Below, one piece after another: positions 29,697-38,130 of a stretch of 64,000 nt of DNA. Below the pieces are notes generated by a model. That model saw only the letters and a program-made list of their open reading frames with translations. It had not been told where the DNA came from and did not search any database. A program made the translations under genes and the position numbers. Every line of letters begins with the position of its first letter. The first letter of the stretch is position 1. The stretch lies in the IMG/VR virus record IMGVR_UViG_3300028840_003497, positions 112,268 through 176,267 of that record. One strand, 5' to 3'. This DNA comes from a virus.

Positions 29697-30380
29697 ATGT
29701 ACAGAGTAAATGTAGAGTTGAACGGTTGCACGGATGTTGGAGGCAGCGACCTCCTGATGCATAACGACAATTTGACGTGGCGGGATGAAATGGATTTGTG
29801 GTTACAAGAACCCTTAAACAAGAATTCCAGCAGGGCCGGGGATGATCGTTCTCCAGCATGGCGCTGGCTCGGTTACTGCTACCACGACGGCGAAGTCGTA
29901 GGAATCCCAAGCGACAACCTGATGACCTGTATGCGGGGCGGAGCAACAATGATCAACGTCCCAGGCAAAGGCAAGAAGACATATAAAGCTCAGAGCCAGA
30001 GCGGACTCTTGGTTAACGAGATTCTGTGGCCAATCACAGTCAATGACGGCCAGATCATCAAATGGGAAGATATTGCTTCCTTGGCAAATGAAGAGGACTT
30101 TAATAAACACGTTGCCCGCGCCAACGAGCTAGGGATCGAATTGTTCGTCAAATCGGTGAGGATCGGGCAGTCCAAGAACATTCGAGTGCGCCCGAGGTTC
30201 AAAAACTGGAAAGCGAAAGGATCAATAACGGTCCTGGACGACACCATCACAATCGATCTATTGAAACGATTTCTGGAATGTTCTGGAATGTTATGCGGAC
30301 TCTGCGATTGGAGACCGTCATCGCCGAGATCACCTGGACCGTTCGGAAAATTCGTCGCCACGGTTACGAAGGCTAAATAG
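29697..30380 (+). CDS. Cas7/RAMP-like protein adjacent to the GGY-NN array
   Basis: N-terminal strand plus LLMHN; GIPSDNLMTCMR (compare RAMP IPGSSLKG.LR); RVRPRF..W; G-rich C-terminal loop G..CGLCDWRP....GPFGKF. Confidence 0.65.
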   Translation: MYRVNVELNGCTDVGGSDLLMHNDNLTWRDEMDLWLQEPLNKNSSRAGDDRSPAWRWLGYCYHDGEVVGIPSDNLMTCMRGGATMINVPGKGKKTYKAQSQSGLLVNEILWPITVNDGQIIKWEDIASLANEEDFNKHVARANELGIELFVKSVRIGQSKNIRVRPRFKNWKAKGSITVLDDTITIDLLKRFLECSGMLCGLCDWRPSSPRSPGPFGKFVATVTKAK

Positions 30381-30390
30381 GTAGACGCAT

Positions 30391-30706
30391 GGATCTGGGT
30401 AAGGCTAGGCCAGGCTTGGCGTGGCATGGCAAGGCGAGGATCGTGGCAAGGCGAGGCATGGCGCGGCAAGGCGAGGCGCGGCGAGGAACGTGGCAAGGCG
30501 AGGCATGGCAAGGCGGGGCTGGGCAAGGCGAGGATCGTGGTAAGGCTAGGCGTGGCTTGGCAAGGCTGGGCATGGCGAGGAACAGGGTAAGGTGTGGCAA
30601 GGCAAGGCGGGGCAAGGCATGGCGAGGAACATGGCAAGGCAAGGCAAGGCGCGGCATGGATCGTGGTAAGGCAAGGCTAGGCGTGGCCGGGCAAGGCGAG
30701 GAACGT
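30391..30706 (+). repeat. non-coding array of 7 units: GGAWCNN delimiter plus (GGY-NN)x5-8; probable guide-like ncRNA
   Basis: Delimiters at 30391, 30438, 30485, 30532, 30579, 30626, 30658, 30700; 52 pentamers; five units are exactly 47 nt. Confidence 0.9.
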
Positions 30707-30748
30707 GGAAAACATCATGGAGTACAACAGTATCAACGGAGGAGTACA

Positions 30749-31234
30749 ATGAACGAAAACAAGAAAGATGGCCTGTTTTTCGGAGGAGTCCCCACCGATG
30801 GAGACATCCGTCTCCTGGAAAATGAGTACGGAATTCCTGAAATCGGCAAGATTATACCCTACGAGGAGGTGGCTGCCGTCATCAAGTATGACAAGGATTC
30901 GTCACGGTTTAAAACAGTGACACAGCGCTGGCGAAAGAAGATCGAGCGCGACCACAACGTCATCATTGGCACCGAACGCGGGATCGGTTTTGTCGCACTC
31001 GACAACGCCTCTCGTGTTGATCTGGGATCCGACAAATTCAAATACGGCATGAAATCTGTTCGACGCGCGAACAAGGTCGTCTCTTCAACCGACCACTCAG
31101 ATCTTACTGATGATCAAGTTCAAGTCGCCCACCACGTACGACACGTCACCGCCGCACTGGTCGGAGCGGCCAGAATGGAGTCGAAAAAACTTCGGGCTCA
31201 ACTTCCCATGCCTGTCCAGCAGAACAGAAAGTAG
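30749..31234 (+). CDS. hypothetical protein downstream of array (possible nucleic-acid-binding partner)
   Basis: GGAGGAG RBS then MNENKK; 161 aa, basic and helical. Confidence 0.8.
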   Translation: MNENKKDGLFFGGVPTDGDIRLLENEYGIPEIGKIIPYEEVAAVIKYDKDSSRFKTVTQRWRKKIERDHNVIIGTERGIGFVALDNASRVDLGSDKFKYGMKSVRRANKVVSSTDHSDLTDDQVQVAHHVRHVTAALVGAARMESKKLRAQLPMPVQQNRK

Positions 31235-31310
31235 AACAAATCCCCGAAGTAGTAGGAGGGGTCAGATTATAATTATCATGGATTTAATCGAAAAAGGAAA
31301 GATCGCACGA

Positions 31311-31934
31311 TCAGAATCGAAGTCTTGCCTCCTTCGTCTTTTTGATCCCTATACGAACAGCCTCATCCGCATCGTCCAACACCTCAGCAAGAAGAGCGAT
31401 ATTGCGATGCAGCCTGTCGCGGTAGTCGAGTTGATCCTCGGTGGCAGACTGCCAGTCCCCTTTGATCCCGCACTCGATCTGAACTAACCTTGCAACATTC
31501 GCAATCTCACGATGGAACACAGATTTGTTCTTCGACCTCCGGTAGAGAGCCCCGCACATTAGATTATAACTGTCCCCGCTATCGTTCCTGTACCGAATCA
31601 AATGATCGTACAACCACTGGTAGACTTCGATCTTCAACTTCGGACTGATCGCCAAGGCCATGTCGATAAACAACATCGGATGAACCCAGGTGTGCTTCCC
31701 GCGTCCGCGACCGGCGATCTTGACTTCTCCAAACCTATCCTCCAACTCCCTGATAAACTCCTTCGTTCCTTCGAGCTGAAACCAATGAGACATCTTAAAC
31801 GGAGACATCCCGTTCATGATGCGCCACTTATTCCCGGCACGAACCAAATCAGTCGCGCTGAACATCTCCGACTTGCTCTTTTGGGATATCTCCTCCCCGA
31901 AAAGCTGTCGCCTCATAATTACCTCTGTTTTCAT
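31311..31934 (-). CDS. KilA-N domain DNA-binding protein
   Basis: FSATDL...W.....TKEFI..L...GRG...TWVHP.L...A..ISP. Confidence 0.85.
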   Translation of the reverse strand: MKTEVIMRRQLFGEEISQKSKSEMFSATDLVRAGNKWRIMNGMSPFKMSHWFQLEGTKEFIRELEDRFGEVKIAGRGRGKHTWVHPMLFIDMALAISPKLKIEVYQWLYDHLIRYRNDSGDSYNLMCGALYRRSKNKSVFHREIANVARLVQIECGIKGDWQSATEDQLDYRDRLHRNIALLAEVLDDADEAVRIGIKKTKEARLRF

Positions 31935-32035
31935 GATATTAACTCCTTTTGAAATGGCGTCTTTTTTAGAACAATAAAGGAGCTTTTATAAAAGTCAACA
32001 CAATAACGGCGCTAATCTCGCCATTTCCAAGATAG

Positions 32036-32122
32036 TGGGCCGGGAAGGATTCGAACCTCCGAAGGGACTAGCCCGCCGGATTTACAATCCGGTGCCTTTG
32101 AACCGCTTGGCGATACCGACCC
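32036..32122 (-). tRNA. tRNA-Tyr(GTA)
   Basis: Anticodon arm CCGGA-TTGTAAA-TCCGG; long variable arm; GTTCGAATC. Confidence 0.9.
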
Positions 32123-32123
32123 A

Positions 32124-32215
32124 TGGTGCGCGGGGCGGGATTCGAACCCGCCCTGTCTCTGAAGTGTTACCCCGGGGCCTGAACCCGGTGCCTTTACCAG
32201 CTTGGCTACCCGCGC
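32124..32215 (-). tRNA. tRNA-Leu(CAG), CCA encoded
   Basis: CCGGG-TTCAGGC-CCCGG; long variable region. Confidence 0.85.
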
Positions 32216-32216
32216 A

Positions 32217-32290
32217 TGGTGATCCCGACTGGAGTCGACCCAGTGTCTCCGGCTCTTCAAGCCAGCGCTAAACCCCTCAGCTACAAGACC
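32217..32290 (-). tRNA. tRNA-Phe(GAA), CCA encoded, atypical T-loop
   Basis: CTGGC-TTGAAGA-GCCGG; T-loop GTCGACT; several G-U acceptor pairs. Confidence 0.75.
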
Positions 32291-32291
32291 A

Positions 32292-32374
32292 TGGACGGAT
32301 CGAAGCACATCTGCGCATTTTACATTGCCGTCGAACTGAATCGTCGGTTGCTGCCGTGTGAAATCCGATCCGTC
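32292..32374 (-). ncRNA. unidentified rod-like hairpin RNA within the tRNA array
   Basis: 9-bp terminal stem GACGGATCG/CGATCCGTC, 3' end reads CCA; no cloverleaf. Confidence 0.4.
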
Positions 32375-32377
32375 TTG

Positions 32378-32451
32378 TGCGCGAGCTGGGAGTCGAACCC
32401 AGAACCACAGACCCCTCAAGCCTGCTCCTCTTCCAGTTGGGATACTCGCGC
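32378..32451 (-). tRNA. tRNA-Leu(GAG), short variable loop
   Basis: CAGGC-TTGAGGG-GTCTG; A73. Confidence 0.85.
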
Positions 32452-32457
32452 ATATAT

Positions 32458-32530
32458 TACGACTGAGTGGATTCGAACCACCAACTTTCGGTTCTTGAAA
32501 CCGACGCCTCTTCCGTTGGGCCACAGTCGC
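32458..32530 (-). tRNA. tRNA-Leu(CAA), short variable loop
   Basis: TCGGT-TTCAAGA-ACCGA; A73. Confidence 0.85.
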
Positions 32531-32531
32531 T

Positions 32532-32607
32532 TGGTGCGCCCCCTCGGATTCGAACCGAGCCTGAACCGGGCTTAAACCGGATCCCTCTTCCACTGGGGTA
32601 GGGGCGC
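32532..32607 (-). tRNA. tRNA-Leu(TAA), short variable loop, CCA encoded
   Basis: CCGG-TTTAAGC-CCGG; A73. Confidence 0.85.
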
Positions 32608-32613
32608 ATATAG

Positions 32614-32689
32614 CAAGTGCGGAAGGATTCGAACCTTCAACCTTTGGATTTGGAATCCAACGCTCTGACCAAATTGGAGCCACGCACCC
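32614..32689 (-). tRNA. tRNA-Trp(CCA)
   Basis: TTGGA-TTCCAAA-TCCAA; G73. Confidence 0.9.
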
Positions 32690-32694
32690 ATAAG

Positions 32695-32778
32695 CGGAGG
32701 TAGAAAGATTCGAACTTTCAAGCCAGTTTCCCGACCACAGTTTAGCAAACTGCTGCGTTACCATTACGCTATACCTCC
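32695..32778 (-). tRNA. tRNA-Ser(GCT)
   Basis: GCAGT-TTGCTAA-ACTGT; long variable arm; G73. Confidence 0.9.
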
Positions 32779-32782
32779 CTTG

Positions 32783-32855
32783 AGTCTCGGGCCGGGTTCG
32801 AACCGGCGTCCTTCTTGGGTTGCAACCAAGTGCCTCGCCTCTTGGCTACCGAGAC
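32783..32855 (-). tRNA. tRNA-Cys(GCA)
   Basis: CTTGG-TTGCAAC-CCAAG; U73. Confidence 0.9.
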
Positions 32856-32929
32856 GTTTGCGGAGAGAGGGAACCGATGGATTTATCCAGTTAAGGCTAA
32901 TCACCATTTTGCTGAGAACCATCTCCATT

Positions 32930-33871
32930 CTATTGAACCCCTTTCTTTAACCATTTCCTTATAGCATTATCAGAAACCCCATACTTCCTCCCAGCCGCAC
33001 AATATCCATTCTTATCAACAAACTTTTTAACTTCATCAAGTATCGGTCTTGGGACTTTCCGCTGCGCAACACTAGCAGCACGTCTTCTCTTTTCACTTTT
33101 CAAATCAGAACGATAACACTCTACAGAACAATACTTTTGCCCAGTTTTGTAAGGGAAAGCATTGCTACACATAATACACGAAACAATCTTTCTTTTTCTT
33201 TCTGATAAACGATCAGCAATAATCAAACCCTGTTCCCGCACATACCTCCTAACTGCAGCCTGATTCCTTGGACTGTTTTTACGTCCAAGTTTATCAAGAA
33301 CCTCCCCAATAGAAGAACTGTTTTTAACAATCAATCTAAGAATGTCATCAGTATACATGTCAATCCATGACTCTCTTTTTCTTCTTCCTTTATGAACCAA
33401 TGCTCTGTTTTTGAAATTTTTAACTCCATAATTACTAGTTTGAGAATGACAATTAGGACAAAGAAACCTCAAATTCCCTTTGATATTATTAAACGGATCC
33501 CCGTCAATGTGATCAACTTGAAGAGTGATCTCATTACCCATCCACTCCGATAATCCACAACATGCACAAACATATTCTACGCCTGATTCAATAAGAGCCC
33601 TTCGCAAAGCATACGCATGCTCTCGGGAACCGTCTTTTCTGGATAAAACATCAGAAGGACTACGCTTATTGACAGAAATCCTGCCTTTGTTCCAACCCCC
33701 TCTTCCAGAAGCAAAATGAGAAAAATCAACACCATGTCTAACTGCCATTCTCTTCGCATGGGCTTGAGAAGAACCATGAGTAGAACTTTCAAAAATCCTA
33801 CAGACATCAGCCCATGTGGCCGATTCAGCCACAGCCTTTTCCAGTCTCTCTTTCGTATATTTCGATTCCAA
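32930..33871 (-). CDS. HNH (homing) endonuclease
   Basis: CACCG...LQVDHIDG...NN...NLRFLCPNCHSQT; TTG start after GGAGG; visibly AT-richer than flanks. Confidence 0.9.
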   Translation of the reverse strand: MESKYTKERLEKAVAESATWADVCRIFESSTHGSSQAHAKRMAVRHGVDFSHFASGRGGWNKGRISVNKRSPSDVLSRKDGSREHAYALRRALIESGVEYVCACCGLSEWMGNEITLQVDHIDGDPFNNIKGNLRFLCPNCHSQTSNYGVKNFKNRALVHKGRRKRESWIDMYTDDILRLIVKNSSSIGEVLDKLGRKNSPRNQAAVRRYVREQGLIIADRLSERKRKIVSCIMCSNAFPYKTGQKYCSVECYRSDLKSEKRRRAASVAQRKVPRPILDEVKKFVDKNGYCAAGRKYGVSDNAIRKWLKKGVQ

Positions 33872-34152
33872 AACAGCCTCCGTATGGTAATGCAAAATAT
33901 TGCACCAAATACAATACCATACATAATGGTAAACGACCAAGGTGACGCTATGCCATTCAGCCACACCCCATAAGGGTTATGACCTAACTAAAATATGAGG
34001 ATAAATATAGATGTAGGGACGAACACCACAACCGAGCGGTCGTAGTGGCAGGGATCGCGATCATCGGGACATTTTTTTTGATGGGCTGTTCCATTTGTCG
34101 TCTCCTGCAAACCAGTGTCGGCTATGTTCGCCAGAAAAGTCAAGAGGAAAGT

Positions 34153-34806
34153 TTAGTCGTCCTTCGATCCATCCTCTTCCTCCCAATACTTCGCCGGGTC
34201 CTTCCAGTCAGGATAACACTCCTTGAGCCACTTCTTACACGCCGCTATCTGCTCCTTGTCAATGGCTATCGATGCCTGGTAGTCTTCCTTGCCCTCGGCG
34301 CTCACGGGCGTGTCCACGGGATCCACAGAGAACACCGGGGTGCCGACGTCAAGAACCTGGTACTGAATCTTGGTCAAAAACGCGCCCGGCATCTTTTGAA
34401 AGTCATCAAAATTCTGCTCAACAGAAAACCGATTGCACAATACAATAAAAGCGCTACGGTCGTAGAACGCAGCTTTATAAAAAACCTTGGCCCTCTCACG
34501 CCCCTTGTCATCCACCAACCTATTCCACATCGAATGGTCTGTTGGCTTCTTCTTCCAACCTTCAGGCAATTCCACGGGCCGGAAGATGGGATCGTGCGGG
34601 TATGGCTCACCGAGCTTGATTCCCCAGCCCACCAAAACATCATCCATCTCCTTGCCAGCACCAGTGTTCACCGCCGCAGGAAGATCTGCGCTGTTCACAA
34701 AACTCTGTTGACCCCTGGCCTCTTGATTCTCGATAGCCCCAGATGGACTGTTTGTGATCAATCCCTCCAAAAAGACCATCTCACCGTCTTCTTTTCTTGT
34801 TTTCAT
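34153..34806 (-). CDS. conserved hypothetical phage protein
   Basis: IE.QEARGQ...LP...LP.GW....TDHSMW..L.D.KGR.RA..FYKAAFYDR.A. Confidence 0.75.
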   Translation of the reverse strand: MKTRKEDGEMVFLEGLITNSPSGAIENQEARGQQSFVNSADLPAAVNTGAGKEMDDVLVGWGIKLGEPYPHDPIFRPVELPEGWKKKPTDHSMWNRLVDDKGRERAKVFYKAAFYDRSAFIVLCNRFSVEQNFDDFQKMPGAFLTKIQYQVLDVGTPVFSVDPVDTPVSAEGKEDYQASIAIDKEQIAACKKWLKECYPDWKDPAKYWEEEDGSKDD

Positions 34807-36761
34807 TATTCATCCTCCTTCGGCCCGTTTTTGTTACCGACCGTCTTGTTTCCAGCGTGGTATTCTTCCGCCATAAGCAGCATCGGAGCCCACTTTAGAT
34901 ACTCTGCACGCGTTCGAGGATCGTCGAAAAACATTCGAAAGTCCCCCGGTTTGTACGCGCTCACATTCATCAACCTCGACTCCGGACAAGTGACAGACGA
35001 ACGGATCCATGGGCTCCGCTCCTTGCCCCATCCAGAAGAATCGTAGCCCTGGCGCTCCCGGTACCAATGAAATGTCGCCTTGCGCGCCCGTGGCATGAAC
35101 TTTACCACCTCGGCCAATTCTCCAGGTCCATCATTCCCGTACGGAGAGTACAAATCAACGTTGCTGTAATCGCCCCTGATTCGCCAGTCCCTTGACCGTC
35201 GATCGTTTTCCTTCTTAGCCTCCCTCCTCATCCAATATCGTTCCTGTCCGATCGTTACAGATCCCACCTGAAGCGACTCGTTTAGATGCATACGGTACTT
35301 CTCGAAGTCAGGCTTCTCTCCGGCAACCAGTGCCCGGTCCTGATCAAACACCAACCTGATCCCCGCACGGAACCCGTCGTCCGTCCAGACCCGCCAGGGA
35401 GGGTGCGGGTGCAAGATCTCCGAGCGATCCAGTATGCCCTGAAGGACCATCACCACCCGGTTATGATCTTCGACATCCTTCTGGATATTCGCCACCATGT
35501 CGTCATAATAAATATCTTCCGGTCTAAATAATCGATAATCGCTGCTCGTTTTAGATGGTCCAAAGCCGGGCCAAGACAAATCATTGTCTCGATCAAGCTT
35601 CTCATCTTCCGTCGCAGCATTCCATGCACGTTCATTATTTCTCCACTCCCGGATCTTGCGAGCGTCCTCGTCTCGAATAGCCTTATATTCATTGTCGGAG
35701 ATGAACCCTCCTACCCTCCCAAAATCGTCAACTTTGACCCACATCTTCTGCCCGCTGGATATTAATTGCCTATCGCTATCAGGAAAGAGCTTTTCCCCAA
35801 ATTCTATCAGGGTATTGACTCGCCAGATCTGATCACCATTCCGGATGTACAAGAAAGTCACGTTGTCCATCTTCTCCGACGCCATGATACTAATAAAGTC
35901 CGATATCGTTTTACCGCTTCGGTGCTTCCTCTTCCGGCGCACACGGAATGCCACCAAACACCGCTGGAACGGTAGCAGCCGATCAACCACCCCATCTTCC
36001 AGTAGCCAATTATCAAAGTCGTCGATGTCCCTAAAATCCATCCCGCCGTGCTTGTAATTGGCAAGACACTCCTCATCCATGTAGTGGCGACGCTGGACCA
36101 GTCTCACCGGCTCGCTCAGATCCGCTGGATCCCCATCGCGGATCTTTACAGCGTCCTCGCTAATCCCGGCGTACAAATCGACAGCGAGGATCCTCCGGTC
36201 CACACGATCGATCATTGCGTTCATTTCACTTCGCTGACCCCGCAAAGGAATCGACTCAGCCTTGAGCCACTCCTCCATGCTCTCGGCAGTCTTTTCTATT
36301 TCCTTGAACAACCCCGGGATCTTGTCATCTTTAGCCTTGACCAGGGACTCGCGATACTCCGGCATCGGCTCGCCAGTTCGAACAGACAGGGCCTCCGTAT
36401 CGGATCCCTCGCCGATAGCCAACGACGGAGCCACACCGAGCCGAGACGTGAGCAATTGGAGCTCTTCCGTCAACTCGCCTATCCTCGCCCGACACGTATC
36501 CGCGTTCTTGCGAATGATAACCAGCGCATCTGGGACGTACTCACAGCAGCCCCAGAAATCGTCGAAATGGATCCGTATGTGCCCACCGCCTGTGCTCACA
36601 ATTTTGACATAGTTAGATCCGACGTGAGTAACGCACCCTAGCCACCTATCGTCTTCCTCATCGGTAACCCAGTACCACTTACCTATCTCCGGATCATCAT
36701 CCGACTTCTTCCGTGGCATCTTGTTCGACTCCGGTTTATGGACTGTAATATCATCACTCAT
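34806..36761 (-). CDS. large hypothetical protein with coiled coil
   Basis: 651-aa ORF, ATGA overlap with upstream gene. Confidence 0.8.
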   Translation of the reverse strand: MSDDITVHKPESNKMPRKKSDDDPEIGKWYWVTDEEDDRWLGCVTHVGSNYVKIVSTGGGHIRIHFDDFWGCCEYVPDALVIIRKNADTCRARIGELTEELQLLTSRLGVAPSLAIGEGSDTEALSVRTGEPMPEYRESLVKAKDDKIPGLFKEIEKTAESMEEWLKAESIPLRGQRSEMNAMIDRVDRRILAVDLYAGISEDAVKIRDGDPADLSEPVRLVQRRHYMDEECLANYKHGGMDFRDIDDFDNWLLEDGVVDRLLPFQRCLVAFRVRRKRKHRSGKTISDFISIMASEKMDNVTFLYIRNGDQIWRVNTLIEFGEKLFPDSDRQLISSGQKMWVKVDDFGRVGGFISDNEYKAIRDEDARKIREWRNNERAWNAATEDEKLDRDNDLSWPGFGPSKTSSDYRLFRPEDIYYDDMVANIQKDVEDHNRVVMVLQGILDRSEILHPHPPWRVWTDDGFRAGIRLVFDQDRALVAGEKPDFEKYRMHLNESLQVGSVTIGQERYWMRREAKKENDRRSRDWRIRGDYSNVDLYSPYGNDGPGELAEVVKFMPRARKATFHWYRERQGYDSSGWGKERSPWIRSSVTCPESRLMNVSAYKPGDFRMFFDDPRTRAEYLKWAPMLLMAEEYHAGNKTVGNKNGPKEDE

Positions 36762-37330
36762 GCACACAGCCTCCTTGGAACCTTGATATAGTTGTCCGCA
36801 GCGTACTGAGCTACCTCCAACCACCCCTCCACTTCCTCTTTGTTATCGGCGTAGACACACAGGATCTCGCGACCCCAAACCTTCCACTTGCCGAGGAGTC
36901 CACCGGCCTGTACATCCATATTATCCAGAAACAGTTGCGTTCTGTCGATCGTCAGAAACCCCACATCCGGATCGCCTTCTATCTTAACACCAATCTCCGT
37001 GACCCTCTTCTGGGCATTCCTGCGCTCGTTGGTATTGGTATTCGGATGGTCGATCAGATTCCGGAGTTTCCGGAGCAGAACCACCTCGGGCGTCGGAACA
37101 ACCGGCTCGTCCTTGACCCGGTACGCACCGTGCCCGCTGTAAACGAAGCAATGTTTCCTGTACCGACGAGGGAGCATGTGAAAGTCAACCTCGAACATCG
37201 TCAGAGTCCTGGTCTCCATCAGATCGTCTTGCGAGGGAGACGCATCCGGATCGAACACCAGCATAGCATCTCTGTCTGGAGAAATATCTTGATTAAGGTG
37301 TGGCATCGGTAATTTTTTGAAGTGTATCAT
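36758..37330 (-). CDS. hypothetical protein with internal DUF2786-like helix pair
   Basis: LRKLRNLIDHPNTNTNERRNA resembles the N-terminus of the 21979-22506 protein. Confidence 0.6.
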   Translation of the reverse strand: MIHFKKLPMPHLNQDISPDRDAMLVFDPDASPSQDDLMETRTLTMFEVDFHMLPRRYRKHCFVYSGHGAYRVKDEPVVPTPEVVLLRKLRNLIDHPNTNTNERRNAQKRVTEIGVKIEGDPDVGFLTIDRTQLFLDNMDVQAGGLLGKWKVWGREILCVYADNKEEVEGWLEVAQYAADNYIKVPRRLCA

Positions 37331-37551
37331 CCTCTTGCCGCCTTTTGAATAGCCATCCGGACATTGAACCGATCAGCATACATTTCCACCGAAATCTTAT
37401 CTTCCAGCGAGACACTGTCGTCCGCCCACATTCGCTCGAATAAAAGTTTCACACAATTGTCGTCGATACTGTTCGGATCTTCGATGTCACAATCCTCTAC
37501 GAATTCCATGACTAAACGGCGAACTAGGACCACAAAACCATTCCCCATCAT
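37327..37551 (-). CDS. hypothetical protein
   Basis: Overlap-coupled ORF. Confidence 0.5.
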   Translation of the reverse strand: MMGNGFVVLVRRLVMEFVEDCDIEDPNSIDDNCVKLLFERMWADDSVSLEDKISVEMYADRFNVRMAIQKAARG

Positions 37552-37782
37552 CTCTTCTCCTTCTTGAGATGATCCCTGAGAACATCCCCAAGACTCGTCT
37601 TCACGACAGTCTTCTTTACTCTCCTGCGAAGACGCTCCCGCTTGTCGTCTTTCTCAAACTCGCGGTCCAGAATCTTTTGAAACTCGTCATCCTCAGATAC
37701 TTTTTTTAACATTCTCTTCACCTCCTGCCGAGATCGTCCCGGCCATCATGGTGTACTATAAAGCTTTGTGCGCGTTTGTCAA

Positions 37783-38121
37783 CTAGGAAATTCGGGCGAC
37801 GTAACGGGCGTACTTGTAACCCTCGGTGCTGATGAGATAGTGCTTGTCGCTCGGATCCACGACGACGAAGGACATGCTGGGGGGCTCGCGGTCGAAGTTC
37901 GCAGCGGCAGGAGCTTTCGGCCACTCGGCATAGACCTCCTGCCATGGGACACGTTTCAGCTTGGAGACCATATTCTTGTCCATCTTTTCGAGTTTATTCG
38001 GATCGATCTTCGGGGCGTGGCCCCATCTCGTGACCTTGCTTCCCATCTTGTCGAGGATGCTGTCCGGCAACTGTCCACGAATAAGCGCCTCATCCATTTT
38101 TCTCTCGATTAACTTCTTCAT
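37783..38121 (-). CDS. putative internal head protein (MKKLIE family)
   Basis: N-terminus MKKLIERKMDE. Confidence 0.55.
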   Translation of the reverse strand: MKKLIERKMDEALIRGQLPDSILDKMGSKVTRWGHAPKIDPNKLEKMDKNMVSKLKRVPWQEVYAEWPKAPAAANFDREPPSMSFVVVDPSDKHYLISTEGYKYARYVARIS

Positions 38122-38130
38122 AATAACCCC

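Noticed and set aside
30391-30706. Conventional CRISPR array or simple microsatellite
   Set aside because: There are no 23-47-nt direct repeats with unique spacers. Variation is confined to two of every five positions with regular delimiters, which slippage alone would not give.
30389-30748. N-terminal 120 aa (ARRGKARQG repeats) of the 281-aa ORF, and antisense ORFs 29990-30637 and 30373-30657
   Set aside because: These are translations of a 5-nt-period repeat; the real gene starts at 30749 behind a strong RBS.
32124-32607. Suppressor or selenocysteine tRNAs (TCA or TTA anticodons)
   Set aside because: The 7-nt loop register gives CAG, CAA and TAA; TCA or TTA appear only if the loop is misread by one base.
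32012-32764. 250-aa ORF and other ORFs over the tRNA cluster
   Set aside because: They overlap eight well-formed tRNA genes.
32860-33970. Group I intron in a tRNA carrying the HNH
   Set aside because: Flanks of about 65-75 nt are too short for a ribozyme core, and no 3' exon with a T-arm is visible.
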